DNA of 64,000 bases from Candidatus Binatia bacterium (GTDB taxonomy: Bacteria > Desulfobacterota > Binatia > HRBIN30): the NCBI GenBank assembly GCA_038245295.1, contig JBBRSP010000002.1:1-64000 (forward strand). Reading direction: 5' to 3'. The notes below the pieces were generated by a model. The model searched no databases and was not told the DNA's origin. It worked only from the letters and a program-made list of their open reading frames with translations. Both the position numbers and the translations under genes were made by a program. Below, piece by piece: positions 38,389 through 48,342 of the stretch; the first letter of the stretch is position 1, and the number at the start of each line of letters is the position of its first letter.

Positions 38389-38754
38389 ATGAAAGGGTCA
38401 GCAGTTGAACCACCGGCGCAGCACGCTGCGCGTATCCTTGTTTCCACTGACGCGCTTGCGGTTGATCTGACCGATGGACGTACGGTGATCGCGCCACTTG
38501 CCTGGTATCCGCGGCTGCTGCATGCAACCAGCGACGAACGCAAACACTGGCGACTCATCGGTGGCGGTGAGGGCATCCACTGGCCGGATCTCGACGAAGA
38601 CATCAGTGTCGAAGGCATGCTGGCGGGTAGGCCTTCGGCGGAGCGCCAACGCTCCTTCAAACTCTGGCTCGAGGGTAGAGAGGCGCGCCGCGCCAACAAT
38701 CGCATCCAGGCGCCACGCACTCGCGCCGGCCGTGATCGTCGCGTCGCGGGATGA
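38389..38754 (+). CDS. DUF2442-domain protein (putative antitoxin)
   Basis: DLTDGRTVIAPLAWYPRLLHAT...GEGIHWPDLDEDISVEGML. Confidence 0.88.
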   Translation: MKGSAVEPPAQHAARILVSTDALAVDLTDGRTVIAPLAWYPRLLHATSDERKHWRLIGGGEGIHWPDLDEDISVEGMLAGRPSAERQRSFKLWLEGREARRANNRIQAPRTRAGRDRRVAG

Positions 38755-38872
38755 TACGGTTTGTGCGTGAATCGCAATAGGTGAGAACTGACACTCTAGC
38801 GCCCTTGGCTCGCCGGTGGAGCTTTCAGTTGCTTGACCATTTGTGGCGCAATTGCCTACAGTAAAAGCCATC

Positions 38873-39124
38873 ATGCAGAAGGCCAACATCATCGACGCGC
38901 TTCCAGATGACCTCCGGGAAAGCGTCGAGCAGGACGTTTCCTCCGGCGACTTCGCGACGGCGGATGAGGCCATTCGACAAGCAATCCTCTCTCAGCATGA
39001 ACGGCTGGCGCTGCGCCGCTCCCTTGTCGCGGCCGATGCCGCGATCGATCGCGGCGAGTTTGTGACGGCGGAGGAATCCGACGCTGACATTGAGGAGCTT
39101 GCGCGCACCCTGACCAGGCGATGA
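38873..39124 (+). CDS. ParD-like (ribbon-helix-helix) antitoxin
   Basis: LPDDLRESVEQDVSSGDFATADEAIRQA...AAIDRGE; ATGA overlap with toxin. Confidence 0.75.
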   Translation: MQKANIIDALPDDLRESVEQDVSSGDFATADEAIRQAILSQHERLALRRSLVAADAAIDRGEFVTAEESDADIEELARTLTRR

Positions 39125-39429
39125 GCGCGCGCTACGTCCTTGCACCCGCCGCGCGCGAGGATCGCAAGGGAATATTCGCTTACACGTTCCGGCGCAGTGG
39201 TTCCGTCGACGTCGCGCGCCGCGTCGATGGGAAATTGAAAGAAGAGTTTGAACGAATCGCGCGAACCCCGACCATCGGGCACCGGAATCTCGATCTTCCT
39301 ATCCCCGATCATCTACTTGTTCGCTCAGTCTTCTCCTACCTCGTGATCTACAACCCCACGACTCGCCCCGTACGCATTCTGCGTCTCTGGCACGCAGCGC
39401 AGGAGACGCCGGACATCCCGGAGTCGTGA
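39121..39429 (+). CDS. RelE/ParE-family toxin
   Basis: YVLAPAAREDRKGIFAY...IARTPTIGHR...YLVIY...VRILRLWHAAQ. Confidence 0.85.
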   Translation: MSARYVLAPAAREDRKGIFAYTFRRSGSVDVARRVDGKLKEEFERIARTPTIGHRNLDLPIPDHLLVRSVFSYLVIYNPTTRPVRILRLWHAAQETPDIPES

Positions 39430-39530
39430 TTCGTTAAAGATGCGGTCACGCCTGCGACGATCGTTTGTCGCGACCGTGGCAAGCTGGTATCGCTCGCCCC
39501 GATGGCGAAGGATCATCAGCTGGGAATGCA

Positions 39531-40974
39531 ATGAGTGGCGTCGGCCAACCCGAACGCGTCACCCAGAACCGGGTCATCGCGCTGTTCCGCGCCGAGCTTG
39601 GCTACCGCTATCTCGGCGACTGGAGCGAGCGCGACGACAACAGCAACATCGAAGAAGAGTTGCTGGCCCCCTTCCTGGCGACGAAAGGTCGATGCCTGGT
39701 TCGACGCCAAGACAAAGGGCCTGAACGAGTGGCAGAAGGCCGCCCTGCGCGAGCAGTGGGGCACGATGCAGAAGGTGCTCAGCTCACGCTCGCGCATGGA
39801 GCGTGTGGTCGAGGACATCATCTTCGACTTCAGCGTCAAGCCACGCCTGTCGAACGAGCCCGGCACGGCCATCCTGGTGGCTTCGAGCATCTACGAGGCG
39901 TGCAAATACTTCGAGCTGCTGCAGAAGACGCCGTTCAAGGGCAAGTGCGCCATCATCACCTCGTATAACCCGCAGACGCAGGACATCACGCTGGAGGACA
40001 CAGGGGCCAACAGCGAGACCGACAAGCAGTTCATCTTCAACACCTACACGACCCTGCTCGAACGTGTCGCGGCGCAACCGGGGATGACCAATCGACGCGG
40101 CGTTGGAGGCGTTGGTGCACCTCTGCGAGTGGGTCGTACCGCCGCGCGGCGAGCTTGAACACATCCACTACTTCTGCGGCAACACCGAGATCGCCACAGA
40201 TCTGGCCGAGCGCGAGCCACAGCGTGTCGCTTTGTATAAGGCCACCGCCGGTCTGGTGCGCGCTTATGCCAACATTGCGGATGAGCTGGATGCGGCAGGC
40301 TATGCGACCGCCGACATCAAGCGCATCAAGGAGGCACTCGATCAATACCTGAAGCTGCGCGAGGTCATTCGCAAGGCGAGTGGCGAAACCATCGACCTGA
40401 AGGCCTACGAAGCCGATCTGCGGCACTTGATCGATACGTACATCGAAGCCGCCGAGCCGAAGAAGATCTCGCCGTTCGACGATATGCCGCTGCTCGAGCT
40501 GATCGTGAAGACCGGCATTGCCGAAGCGATCAACCGCCAGCTGGGCGGTTTGAGAGGCAACAAGGAAGCGATTGCCGAGACCATCGCCAACAACGTGCGC
40601 AGCAAGATCATCAAGGATCATCTCAACGACCCGGCCTTCTACGACAAGATGTCGGCGTTGCTCGACGAGATCATCGCCGACCTGCGCGCCAAGCGGATCG
40701 AGTACGCGGAGTATTTGAAACGGATCGCCGAGCTAGCGAAGAACGTTCAAGCCGGACAGGCCGATGACACACCGGAGCCGCTCAAGAAGAGCCCCGGCCT
40801 CAGGGCCATTTTCAATCTGCTCAAGGTGGATGCGACCCTCGACGGAAGCGGCGCAATCGTCGACCCGTCGGCGACCTATCCTGGATTCACGGCCGATCCG
40901 ATCTTGGAGCGCGCCTTGAAGATCGATGCATCCGTGAAGCAGTCACGGCCCGACGGCTGGCGCGGCCATACTGA
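39531..40974 (+). pseudogene. hsdR: Type I restriction subunit R remnant with internal deletions and frameshifts
   Basis: N-terminus [28 protein letters not shown] jumps at ~39687 to the [25 protein letters not shown] segment, then at ~40091 to the DLKAYEADLRHLIDTYI..PAFYDKMSALLDE C-terminal segment, each in a different frame. Confidence 0.85.
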
Positions 40975-41687
40975 TGGCGACGCAGATCCAGCTTGGTGAC
41001 GTCGTGCTCGATGTCACCAAGAAGGCCATCAAGAATCTTCACCTCAGCGTCCATCCGCCGAACGGCAAAGTGCGGATCTCGGCGCCGTTGCGCATGAACA
41101 ACGACACGATCCGCGTATTTGCCATCTCAAAGCTTGCGTGGATCAAACGGCAGCAACACGAGATGCGGCAGCAGGAACGTGAAACACCGCGTGAGTATCT
41201 CGATCGCGAGAGCCACTACGTTTGGGGCAAGCGTTACCTCCTGCAGGTTGTGGAGAAGGATGAGCCGCCCGGCGTGCGTCGAAACCACAGCGCCCTGGTG
41301 CTGAGTGTTCGTCCCGGATCGACTCGAGTCAGGAAGCAGGCCGTGCTGGAGGAATGGTGCCGCGAGCAGCTCAAGGCCGCCGCCCTACCACTGATCGCCA
41401 AGTGGGAGCCGTTGCTTGGCGTGACCGTGCGCCGCTTGTTCGTGCAGCGGATGAAGACCAGGTGGGGCAGTTGCAATCGCGACGGGAATATCCGGCTCAA
41501 CACCGAGCTGGCCAAGAAGCCGCGTCAGTGTCTCGAGTACATCGTCGTACACGAGATGGTTCATCTGCTCGAGCCTACCCACAACCGGCGCTTTGTTGGT
41601 CTGATGGATCGGTTCATGCCGCGGTGGAAGCATCGGCGGGACGTGCTCAACCGCTTACCGTTGCGGTACGAGAGGTGGACGTTTTGA
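40974..41687 (+). CDS. YgjP/DUF45 (M48/SprT-like) metallohydrolase, usual hsdR neighbour
   Basis: MKTRWGSCN, IRLNTELAKKP, YIVVHEMVHL, HNRRF. Confidence 0.9.
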   Translation: MATQIQLGDVVLDVTKKAIKNLHLSVHPPNGKVRISAPLRMNNDTIRVFAISKLAWIKRQQHEMRQQERETPREYLDRESHYVWGKRYLLQVVEKDEPPGVRRNHSALVLSVRPGSTRVRKQAVLEEWCREQLKAAALPLIAKWEPLLGVTVRRLFVQRMKTRWGSCNRDGNIRLNTELAKKPRQCLEYIVVHEMVHLLEPTHNRRFVGLMDRFMPRWKHRRDVLNRLPLRYERWTF

Positions 41688-41747
41688 GAGACCTTTTGGC
41701 GGGGTGGCTGGGTAAACCAGGGCCAGATTCACCGCAGCAAGCCGCCT

Positions 41748-41975
41748 CTACAGGATCGCGCAAGTGGCGCGGCCGTGCGCTTTTGTTACTTCGACGCGGG
41801 CCGGCAGGCGCTCGGCTAGCTCGGCGATGTGAGTGACGATGCCGACCATCCGCTGGCCGCCTTGCGAGGCTTCGATGCATTGCACGACTACATCGAGTGT
41901 CTCGCGGTCGAGCGTTCCGAAACCTTCGTCGAGGAACAGGCTCTCCAGGCGCTGCTGGCCGCGGCCTTCGCTGCT
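41748..41975 (-). pseudogene. sbcC: SbcC/Rad50-type SMC ATPase C-terminal fragment (not in ORF track)
   Basis: Manual minus-strand translation: RLESLFLDEGFGTLDRETLDVVVQCIEASQGGQRMVGIVTHIAELAERLPARVEVTK...* (Walker B, D-loop, H-switch); no start or N-terminal part. Confidence 0.8.
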
Positions 41976-42086
41976 GAAGCTGCCGTCCTCACTCCGAGCC
42001 TGGCGCTCAAGCCTCTGGTGGCGTGGTGCAGTTTGGTTGATCGTGGTTGGCTTTTCGATTTGCTTCTGCGCTAACGAGTGCGGCGC

Positions 42087-42851
42087 ATGGGGCGAAACAA
42101 CGCATTGTTGCTGGTCCTGGCGATCGTGACACTCGCGGCGTTTGCACGGTTGCTGCCGTATACGCCGCGCCTTTTGGGCTACGATACCACAGCGCCGACG
42201 GTTGCTTCCGCGCCGCTGGTCGCGCGTGCCCCGGTAAGCCTTCGTTCTCCGTCGACAATTCCGTCGCGTCTCGGCGAGCGTCCTCTCACACTCGTCGCCG
42301 CTGGCTTACTCGCCGAGCTCGGATTGCTGGGCTTCATCCTTTATAGCTTGGCGCGCTCCTCACATGTCGGGACGACGTTCGCCGCGTTAGCGGGATATCG
42401 ACGCAATCTGGCGGCGATCCTGTTGGTGTGTACGGGGGTCGGCTTTGTCGCCGGAGTTCCCGAGTGGACCTTTCCTTTTATTCCGTGGCGTATGTTCTCC
42501 GGGGCTCCGGCCGGCGAGCCGGTTGTCGATTGGGTGGTGGGCACGACCGAAGACGGGCGACGCGTACGCATCGATCTTGTGTCCGCCCTCGCCGGACTCG
42601 GACATACCCGTGGCAGAGAAGCGGTGCTGGATCGGATCGCCGCGGTAGTTGCGGCTGACGCGTCACAGCCCGCCAGTCGGCGCCTGGAGTTGGATAATCT
42701 CCTGCAGGCGGTGGCGCGCTTGCACACACGTCACACGGGTGTGGGATTGGTGCGCATTGGGGTCACGCGCCACGTCATGAACGCCGCGAGGCCGTTGACG
42801 ATGAGCCAGCTCTCTTTGGACCCGACGTGGGAAACCCAGGTTCGTCCATGA
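42087..42851 (+). CDS. Hypothetical membrane protein
   Basis: Several TM segments, WTFPFIPWRMFS motif; ATGA overlap with next gene. Confidence 0.65.
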   Translation: MGRNNALLLVLAIVTLAAFARLLPYTPRLLGYDTTAPTVASAPLVARAPVSLRSPSTIPSRLGERPLTLVAAGLLAELGLLGFILYSLARSSHVGTTFAALAGYRRNLAAILLVCTGVGFVAGVPEWTFPFIPWRMFSGAPAGEPVVDWVVGTTEDGRRVRIDLVSALAGLGHTRGREAVLDRIAAVVAADASQPASRRLELDNLLQAVARLHTRHTGVGLVRIGVTRHVMNAARPLTMSQLSLDPTWETQVRP

Positions 42852-43711
42852 GCTCTGGCGCCCGGATCCAGCGCGGCGCCGTCGCCTTGGCAGCACTACG
42901 TATCTGGGTGTTCGGCCTATGGACGGTAAAACTGTTCGCCACGCCCGTTGGTGAGATCGGGTTGCTGCCGCGGGCGATGTTCGAACCCATCGGCCTGTTG
43001 CGGCTCTTTCCCGGCAGCCTCATGGATGTTGTGTTGGCGCAAACATTCCTCGATGTGGCGCGCCCCATCCTCATTGGGCTTTGTGTCGCGGTGGCCTTGG
43101 CGCTCCCCCCCTATCGGGTCCTCAGCGTAACAGCGGCCCTGGGGCTCACCTTGTGGCAGACTCTTTCGCGTTCCGTTGGTGTCGTGAACCACCCCGAGGT
43201 GACCTTGCTGCTGGCGACCTATGCCATCGTGATCTTTCCGGCGGCGGACCGACTGGCGCCGCTGCGGCGTCGCCTGTACGATGCGTCCACGTATGATGCG
43301 GGGGTTTTGGTCGCGGCACTGGTGGTACTGCTCCCGTATACCGCGTCGGCCGGCTACCGGATGGCCCATCACGCGTGGGCGACGCTGCACAGTCAGATCG
43401 CCCCCGACCTGCTGCTACGCCAAGGTTTTGGCAATGGTGTTGCGTGGTTTGCCGAGGTTGCCCTGACGCATCCCCTGGTGGCAGCCTTCATCAACCTCGG
43501 TGCCGTCGTCACCACGTTGATCGAGTTCGCGGCGCCGCTGGCGATTGTCCATCGTCGCCTGCGGTGGCCTATCGCCACGTTCATGGTGACGTTTCACGTT
43601 CTCATGTATTTGCTGATACGCGTGATGTTTTGGGAAACGGCGCTTCTCGTACCGGCCGTCCTGCTGGCGGTCCAGATGACCGAGTGTTCAGAGGGTACGA
43701 CTCAGTCATGA
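42848..43711 (+). CDS. HTTM-like multi-pass membrane protein
   Basis: LRIWVF, SVGVVNH, TTLIEFAAPL, TFHVLMYLLIRVMF pattern. Confidence 0.6.
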   Translation: MSSGARIQRGAVALAALRIWVFGLWTVKLFATPVGEIGLLPRAMFEPIGLLRLFPGSLMDVVLAQTFLDVARPILIGLCVAVALALPPYRVLSVTAALGLTLWQTLSRSVGVVNHPEVTLLLATYAIVIFPAADRLAPLRRRLYDASTYDAGVLVAALVVLLPYTASAGYRMAHHAWATLHSQIAPDLLLRQGFGNGVAWFAEVALTHPLVAAFINLGAVVTTLIEFAAPLAIVHRRLRWPIATFMVTFHVLMYLLIRVMFWETALLVPAVLLAVQMTECSEGTTQS

Positions 43712-44931
43712 AGGTCACACTGGTCAACGCGCTCTACTACCCGCACGAATACGGCGGTGCGGAGCGCTCCGTTCGTGTGCTGGCAGAAGCCCTCGTGAGA
43801 CTGGGCATCGACGCGTCGGTAGTGACGATTCGACGCAGCGGCGAAGCGCGGAACACGACACACAACGGAGTGCGCGTCGTGCGCCTCGATTCGCGCCGTA
43901 GGTTGCCCTCACCCTATGCCGACCGGCGTGCACCCTGGCTGGCGCGAAAGCTCTGGCATCTCGTCGATCTCTACGACCCGGTGATGCGCCGCCGCATGCA
44001 GAACGTGTTGCGCGACGAGGCCCCGGATATCGTCCATACGAACAATCTGCAGTCGTTCTCCATCAGTGTGTGGAGTGCCGCCGCGACGCTCGGCGTGCCG
44101 ATCGTCCACACGTTGCGCGACTATTATCTTGCCTGTGCGCGGGCGACGCGCTTCCGTGAGACAAGCCCTTGCCCAACCACGTGCGCCGAGTGTCAGCTGT
44201 TCTGTGCGACGCGGCGTCGCGCCGCCGAACAGGTCGAGAGCGTCGTTGGCAACAGCAGTTTCATCCTCCAGAAGCACCTGCAAATTGGGTTTTTCAGCGG
44301 CGCGAACACCCGGACACAAATCCCGTCTGCTTGCGATCTCGACATTCCGGAGCTGCCGGCGGAGCAGCGTTCGACACCGCTGATCTTCGGCTACCTCGGG
44401 CGTCTCGAATCCATCAAGGGCATCGGCGAGTTGCTGACGGCTTTCGGAGAGCGTCGTGACCACACGTGGAGACTCGTGGTGGCGGGAAACGCCCAGGATG
44501 CCGGTCCGTGGCAGCGGCAGCGCAGTACGTTGCCGGCGGCGCAACAAATCGACATCGTCGGCGAAGTCGATGCCCGCGAATTCCTCGCACGGATCGATGT
44601 ACTGGTGGTGCCATCCCTATGGGACGAGCCGTTGCCGCGCTCGATTCTCGAAGCAAAGGCGTTCGGCATTCCGGTACTGGCCTCGAATCGTGGCGGGATT
44701 CCGGAAGTAGTTGCGCATAACCAGACGGGACTGCTTTTTGATCCGGCAACCGGCGGTGCGTTCGAGGCCGCGATCGAACGGTTGATTTCTGAACCAAGCC
44801 TACTCGCCCGGCTGCGCCAGACAGCGCGTGCGTGCCGTTACGACTGGTCGCCGGCACAAAGTGCCGCGGCCTATGTTGACGTCTACCGCGCTACGTTGAA
44901 GCAACGGCCCGCGCCGTCAAGAGCGCGTTGA
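43708..44931 (+). CDS. Glycosyltransferase family 4
   Basis: YYPHEYGGAE, PDIVHTNN, HTLRDY, GRLESIKG, VPSLWDEPLPRSILEA, GGIPE. Confidence 0.92.
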   Translation: MKVTLVNALYYPHEYGGAERSVRVLAEALVRLGIDASVVTIRRSGEARNTTHNGVRVVRLDSRRRLPSPYADRRAPWLARKLWHLVDLYDPVMRRRMQNVLRDEAPDIVHTNNLQSFSISVWSAAATLGVPIVHTLRDYYLACARATRFRETSPCPTTCAECQLFCATRRRAAEQVESVVGNSSFILQKHLQIGFFSGANTRTQIPSACDLDIPELPAEQRSTPLIFGYLGRLESIKGIGELLTAFGERRDHTWRLVVAGNAQDAGPWQRQRSTLPAAQQIDIVGEVDAREFLARIDVLVVPSLWDEPLPRSILEAKAFGIPVLASNRGGIPEVVAHNQTGLLFDPATGGAFEAAIERLISEPSLLARLRQTARACRYDWSPAQSAAAYVDVYRATLKQRPAPSRAR

Positions 44932-46423
44932 TCACCTGACCGTCGACATCGTCGAGGCGAACACCCAGCCATGCAGCCATGGTCGGAGCCAAGTCATAAA
45001 CGGAGACCGGTTGCGACATCGCCCCGGGGCGAATTCCGGCACCACGCGCCAGGAACATACTCGTCGGGCGGTGATCGCCGGAGCGCCCCTCGACGATCGG
45101 CACTCTGATTTCCGCGATGCTGGGCGAACGTATGACGCGCGGCGCACGAGGACCACGGCGCCACTCGACGAACACGTCGGGCATCTCGTCGATGAAGGGA
45201 CCGGTGTAGGCTTCGTGTGTCAGCACGACATCACTGACGATCGCCTCGCCCGTGTCGGCGTCGACGAGAGCCAGGAACTCCTCGCGGAGACGAAGGCAGA
45301 CGTCGTGATACTGCGTGTGTGGCACGATACCGTGCTTTTCGCGGCCTTCGAGGTTGATCCGGATCGCACCGCTGTGCGGATTGTTCGGGACAGCGAAGAA
45401 ACTCCGATTGGCTCTTCCAGGAACGAGCAGCGAGCTTTGCAAGGCCGGGGTGAGCCGACGACGCAGACGACGTAACGCGGCAGCGTGGCGGATCGAGGCC
45501 GGCAACGCGTGCCAGAACCGCTTGAGTCTCCCGTACGCCTCGCTGCGCGGCGCGCTGGCCGCGCGATCGAGGCGCTGCAGAACCTCGTCAAAGATAATCG
45601 GCTCGCCGTAGAGGGGGCCGATGCCGTGGCTCAGGTACGCCAAGACGAGACAGTCGTCGCCGACTTCCGACAACAGCTCCGCGAGTGTCTTGTCGATCAT
45701 CGCGTATACCTGCAACAGCGGATCACCCAGACGTGCGGCAGCGGCGGCATCGTAGCGCGGGTGTGCGGCATCGTGCAGGAACCAGGCCTGGTGCCCGGCG
45801 CAGTGTGCGGCGGAGAGAACAACCGTCAGCAGATCCCACGACTCGGCCGCGAGACAATAGAGCGCCACATCGCGCTGGTACTCTAGATGGCGCCGCGTGT
45901 CGGCGAGGAACCTTTGCATCCCGGTGATATCGTGTCCGGTGTCGTAGCAGTGATCCCTGACCGGCGTGCCAAAACGTTGGATCAACTCCTCGCCGAACGA
46001 CGGCGGTACGGCTGTTGGTACGTCCTCCGCGTCGTGACAACTCCAGTCGCACAATTGCCAACCGTTCAGATCGCGGATCGGGTGCGAGTGTGGGACATCG
46101 AGCACGGCGAGCCGGCGTCCGGCGCGGCTGAGAGCCTCCCAAAACGCCGGAAAGGCCATCGCGCTTGGCAGAAACGTCTGATCCGCATACTCGCCAAGCG
46201 GCACCTGCTGGCGAAAGACACGCCGATGCCGGGCGGGTGAAACACCCGTCTGGAATGAAGGCCAGGTGCTACCGGCGCAGAGTGCCGGGGGGCTGATGAC
46301 CGATCCGTGGAGCGAGGTCTGCAGCAGCCGCTCGAACGTCGGAAGGTGGCCAGCCGCGATCCATTCGCGCATCAAATCAGCGTCGAAGGAGTCGAGACCG
46401 ATGCAGAGGACCCGCGCGCTCAT
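44891..46423 (-). CDS. Alkaline phosphatase superfamily / type I phosphodiesterase
   Basis: CIGLDS, WPSFQTGVSPARH, AHCAGH, LSHG, RSGDHRP, DLAPT. Confidence 0.85.
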   Translation of the reverse strand: MSARVLCIGLDSFDADLMREWIAAGHLPTFERLLQTSLHGSVISPPALCAGSTWPSFQTGVSPARHRRVFRQQVPLGEYADQTFLPSAMAFPAFWEALSRAGRRLAVLDVPHSHPIRDLNGWQLCDWSCHDAEDVPTAVPPSFGEELIQRFGTPVRDHCYDTGHDITGMQRFLADTRRHLEYQRDVALYCLAAESWDLLTVVLSAAHCAGHQAWFLHDAAHPRYDAAAAARLGDPLLQVYAMIDKTLAELLSEVGDDCLVLAYLSHGIGPLYGEPIIFDEVLQRLDRAASAPRSEAYGRLKRFWHALPASIRHAAALRRLRRRLTPALQSSLLVPGRANRSFFAVPNNPHSGAIRINLEGREKHGIVPHTQYHDVCLRLREEFLALVDADTGEAIVSDVVLTHEAYTGPFIDEMPDVFVEWRRGPRAPRVIRSPSIAEIRVPIVEGRSGDHRPTSMFLARGAGIRPGAMSQPVSVYDLAPTMAAWLGVRLDDVDGQVINALLTARAVAST

Positions 46424-46554
46424 GCCGTCGGCTCCTAGCTTGGGCAAACCGTCGACGCACGCCAGCCGCTCGGTCGCGAGGCGACGTTTTGGTCAATCGC
46501 CACACTCGTGGAGCGCCTCTTGCGCCACGCGTCGCACCCCGTATGGTACGCGAC

Positions 46555-47436
46555 GTGAGTGTCGAACCCAAATATCTCGGAACCGTCCCGCCCGAACGTC
46601 GGTGGAATTTCTTGTCGTTCGGACTGCGCCTGAACATTCTCGAATGGGGTGATCCACAGGCCGAGCCGCTCGTAATGACACACGGCATGTGGGACCACGC
46701 GCGCAGCTTTGCCGGCTTTGCGCCGCTGTTGGCAGAACAGTTCCGTGTTGTCGCGCTCGATGCACGCGGCCACGGTGATTCCGAGTGGGCCGACAATTAC
46801 AGCTGGTTCGTCGACGTGATGGATCTCGTCGGCCTGATGCGTTCCTTCGGCAAACCGGTGTTCCTGCTGGGTCACAGCAAGGGGGGCGGACAGGCGACCG
46901 ACGCGGCACGTCTGGCACCCGAGTGTGTGAAGCGCCTGATCAACATCGACGGCTTTGGTCCGCCCGAAATGGATGATCTCCGCTCGCCGCCGCTGATCAT
47001 GGCCGACGTCCTCGATCGGCGCCGCAAGATGCGTTCGAGCTGGCGGCGTTACGCCAACCTCGATGAGCTCGCCGAACGGCGCAACGCGCAGAACCCGCGG
47101 CTGACATCCGAATGGCTGCGCTACTTCTCGTTTCATGGCGCCACCTGCAATGAGGAAGGTTGGACCTGGAAGTCCGATCCCAACATGGCGGTTGGCTACG
47201 GTCCGTGGCGCCCCGATTGGATCGGACCATCGTACGCCTTCGTGTCCATGCCGATGCTGGCCATCATCGGCAGTGAAGAAGACACGTGGGGCCCGTTGCC
47301 GCCGGCGATTCTCGAGGAGCGACTGAGTCGCATTCCCAACCTGATACGCTACACCGTACCCGGTGCCGGACATTTCGTTCACATTGAGCAACCCCACGCG
47401 ACGGCCGACGTCGTGATGGATTTCTTGAGGCAGTGA
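46555..47436 (+). CDS. Alpha/beta hydrolase (start uncertain, ORF open from 46489)
   Basis: HGMWD, DARGHGDS, GHSKGG nucleophile elbow, GAGHFVHIEQP. Confidence 0.9.
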   Translation: MSVEPKYLGTVPPERRWNFLSFGLRLNILEWGDPQAEPLVMTHGMWDHARSFAGFAPLLAEQFRVVALDARGHGDSEWADNYSWFVDVMDLVGLMRSFGKPVFLLGHSKGGGQATDAARLAPECVKRLINIDGFGPPEMDDLRSPPLIMADVLDRRRKMRSSWRRYANLDELAERRNAQNPRLTSEWLRYFSFHGATCNEEGWTWKSDPNMAVGYGPWRPDWIGPSYAFVSMPMLAIIGSEEDTWGPLPPAILEERLSRIPNLIRYTVPGAGHFVHIEQPHATADVVMDFLRQ

Positions 47437-48107
47437 TGGTCATCCGTTGCGGTCGACTCGATCTCGAAGTGCATACCCTGGCCGAGCGCCCGGGCACACC
47501 GTTGTTACTCCTGCATGGACTGTTCGGCTCGAGTGCCGACTGGGGTGACATCGCCTCTACCTGGCCGGGACCGGTGCGCGGCCTCGACTTCGCTGGTCAT
47601 GGCGGCTCGGCGTGGACCAAGGGCGGCGCCTACTATCCGGAATTGTTCGTGGCCGACGCCGATGCGGTGCTCGGCCGTCTGGGATCCGCCTATGTCGCCG
47701 GAGCTGGCCTGGGCGCCTATGTGGCGCTGCTCCTGGCCGGCGCGCGACCGAACGCCGTGCCGGCCGCATTACTGCTTCCAGGCAACGGCCTCGACGGCGG
47801 CGGTGCGGCGCCGAATTGGGCGCGCGGCAGCGAGTATCTTCTGCAAGCGTCGTCGACAGAGCCGGCAACCGGTTACGATCCGATGGTGCGCACGCTCGGC
47901 GGCGATCCACGTCCCCCCGATTACGCTCGCGCGTATGCAGACGCGGCGAGTAACTTGTTGCTCGTCGAAGATGGCTCGGCGCGTCCGCCCTGGTGGGAAG
48001 CCGTGAGCCAGAGCAGCAAGGCACGAATCATCAACGGCAACAGCAGCGAAGCGCTGACCCTGCTGGCGGATTTGCCCGGCGCCAGTCAGCCTGCTTCTGC
48101 CGCCTGA
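47433..48107 (+). CDS. Truncated alpha/beta-fold protein lacking the catalytic Ser
   Basis: LLLLHGL, DFAGHGGS, but GAGLG at the nucleophile elbow; GTGA overlap with upstream hydrolase. Confidence 0.78.
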   Translation: MMVIRCGRLDLEVHTLAERPGTPLLLLHGLFGSSADWGDIASTWPGPVRGLDFAGHGGSAWTKGGAYYPELFVADADAVLGRLGSAYVAGAGLGAYVALLLAGARPNAVPAALLLPGNGLDGGGAAPNWARGSEYLLQASSTEPATGYDPMVRTLGGDPRPPDYARAYADAASNLLLVEDGSARPPWWEAVSQSSKARIINGNSSEALTLLADLPGASQPASAA

Positions 48108-48144
48108 GCGCATCACGGGCCGCCGTCGAAGACACCTGGAGCGG

Positions 48145-48281
48145 GCTTCGAGACGGCCCGCGTAGAGCGTACCTCCCGAGCGGGCCTCCTCAGTCCGAAC
48201 GGGGTGCGTGATTCCGAGAGCTGTTCCGTTCGCGCTGAGGAGGCACCTCCTGAGGAAGACGAGCGTGTGCCGTCTCGAAGC
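48145..48281. repeat. REP-like doublet (CTTCGAGACGG / CTGAGGAGG family)
   Basis: GCTTCGAGACGGC..GCCTCCTCAGTCCGAACGG versus CCGTTCGCGCTGAGGAGGC..GCCGTCTCGAAGC inverted arms. Confidence 0.7.
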
Positions 48282-48342
48282 GCTACCGAATGGAAACTCA
48301 ACCGTCCCGAAAGCCGGCATCTCGTCAACGAGAGGACACCCG

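Noticed and set aside
41829..42074. Plus-strand ORF MSDDADHPLAALRGF...
   Set aside because: Antisense shadow of the sbcC remnant
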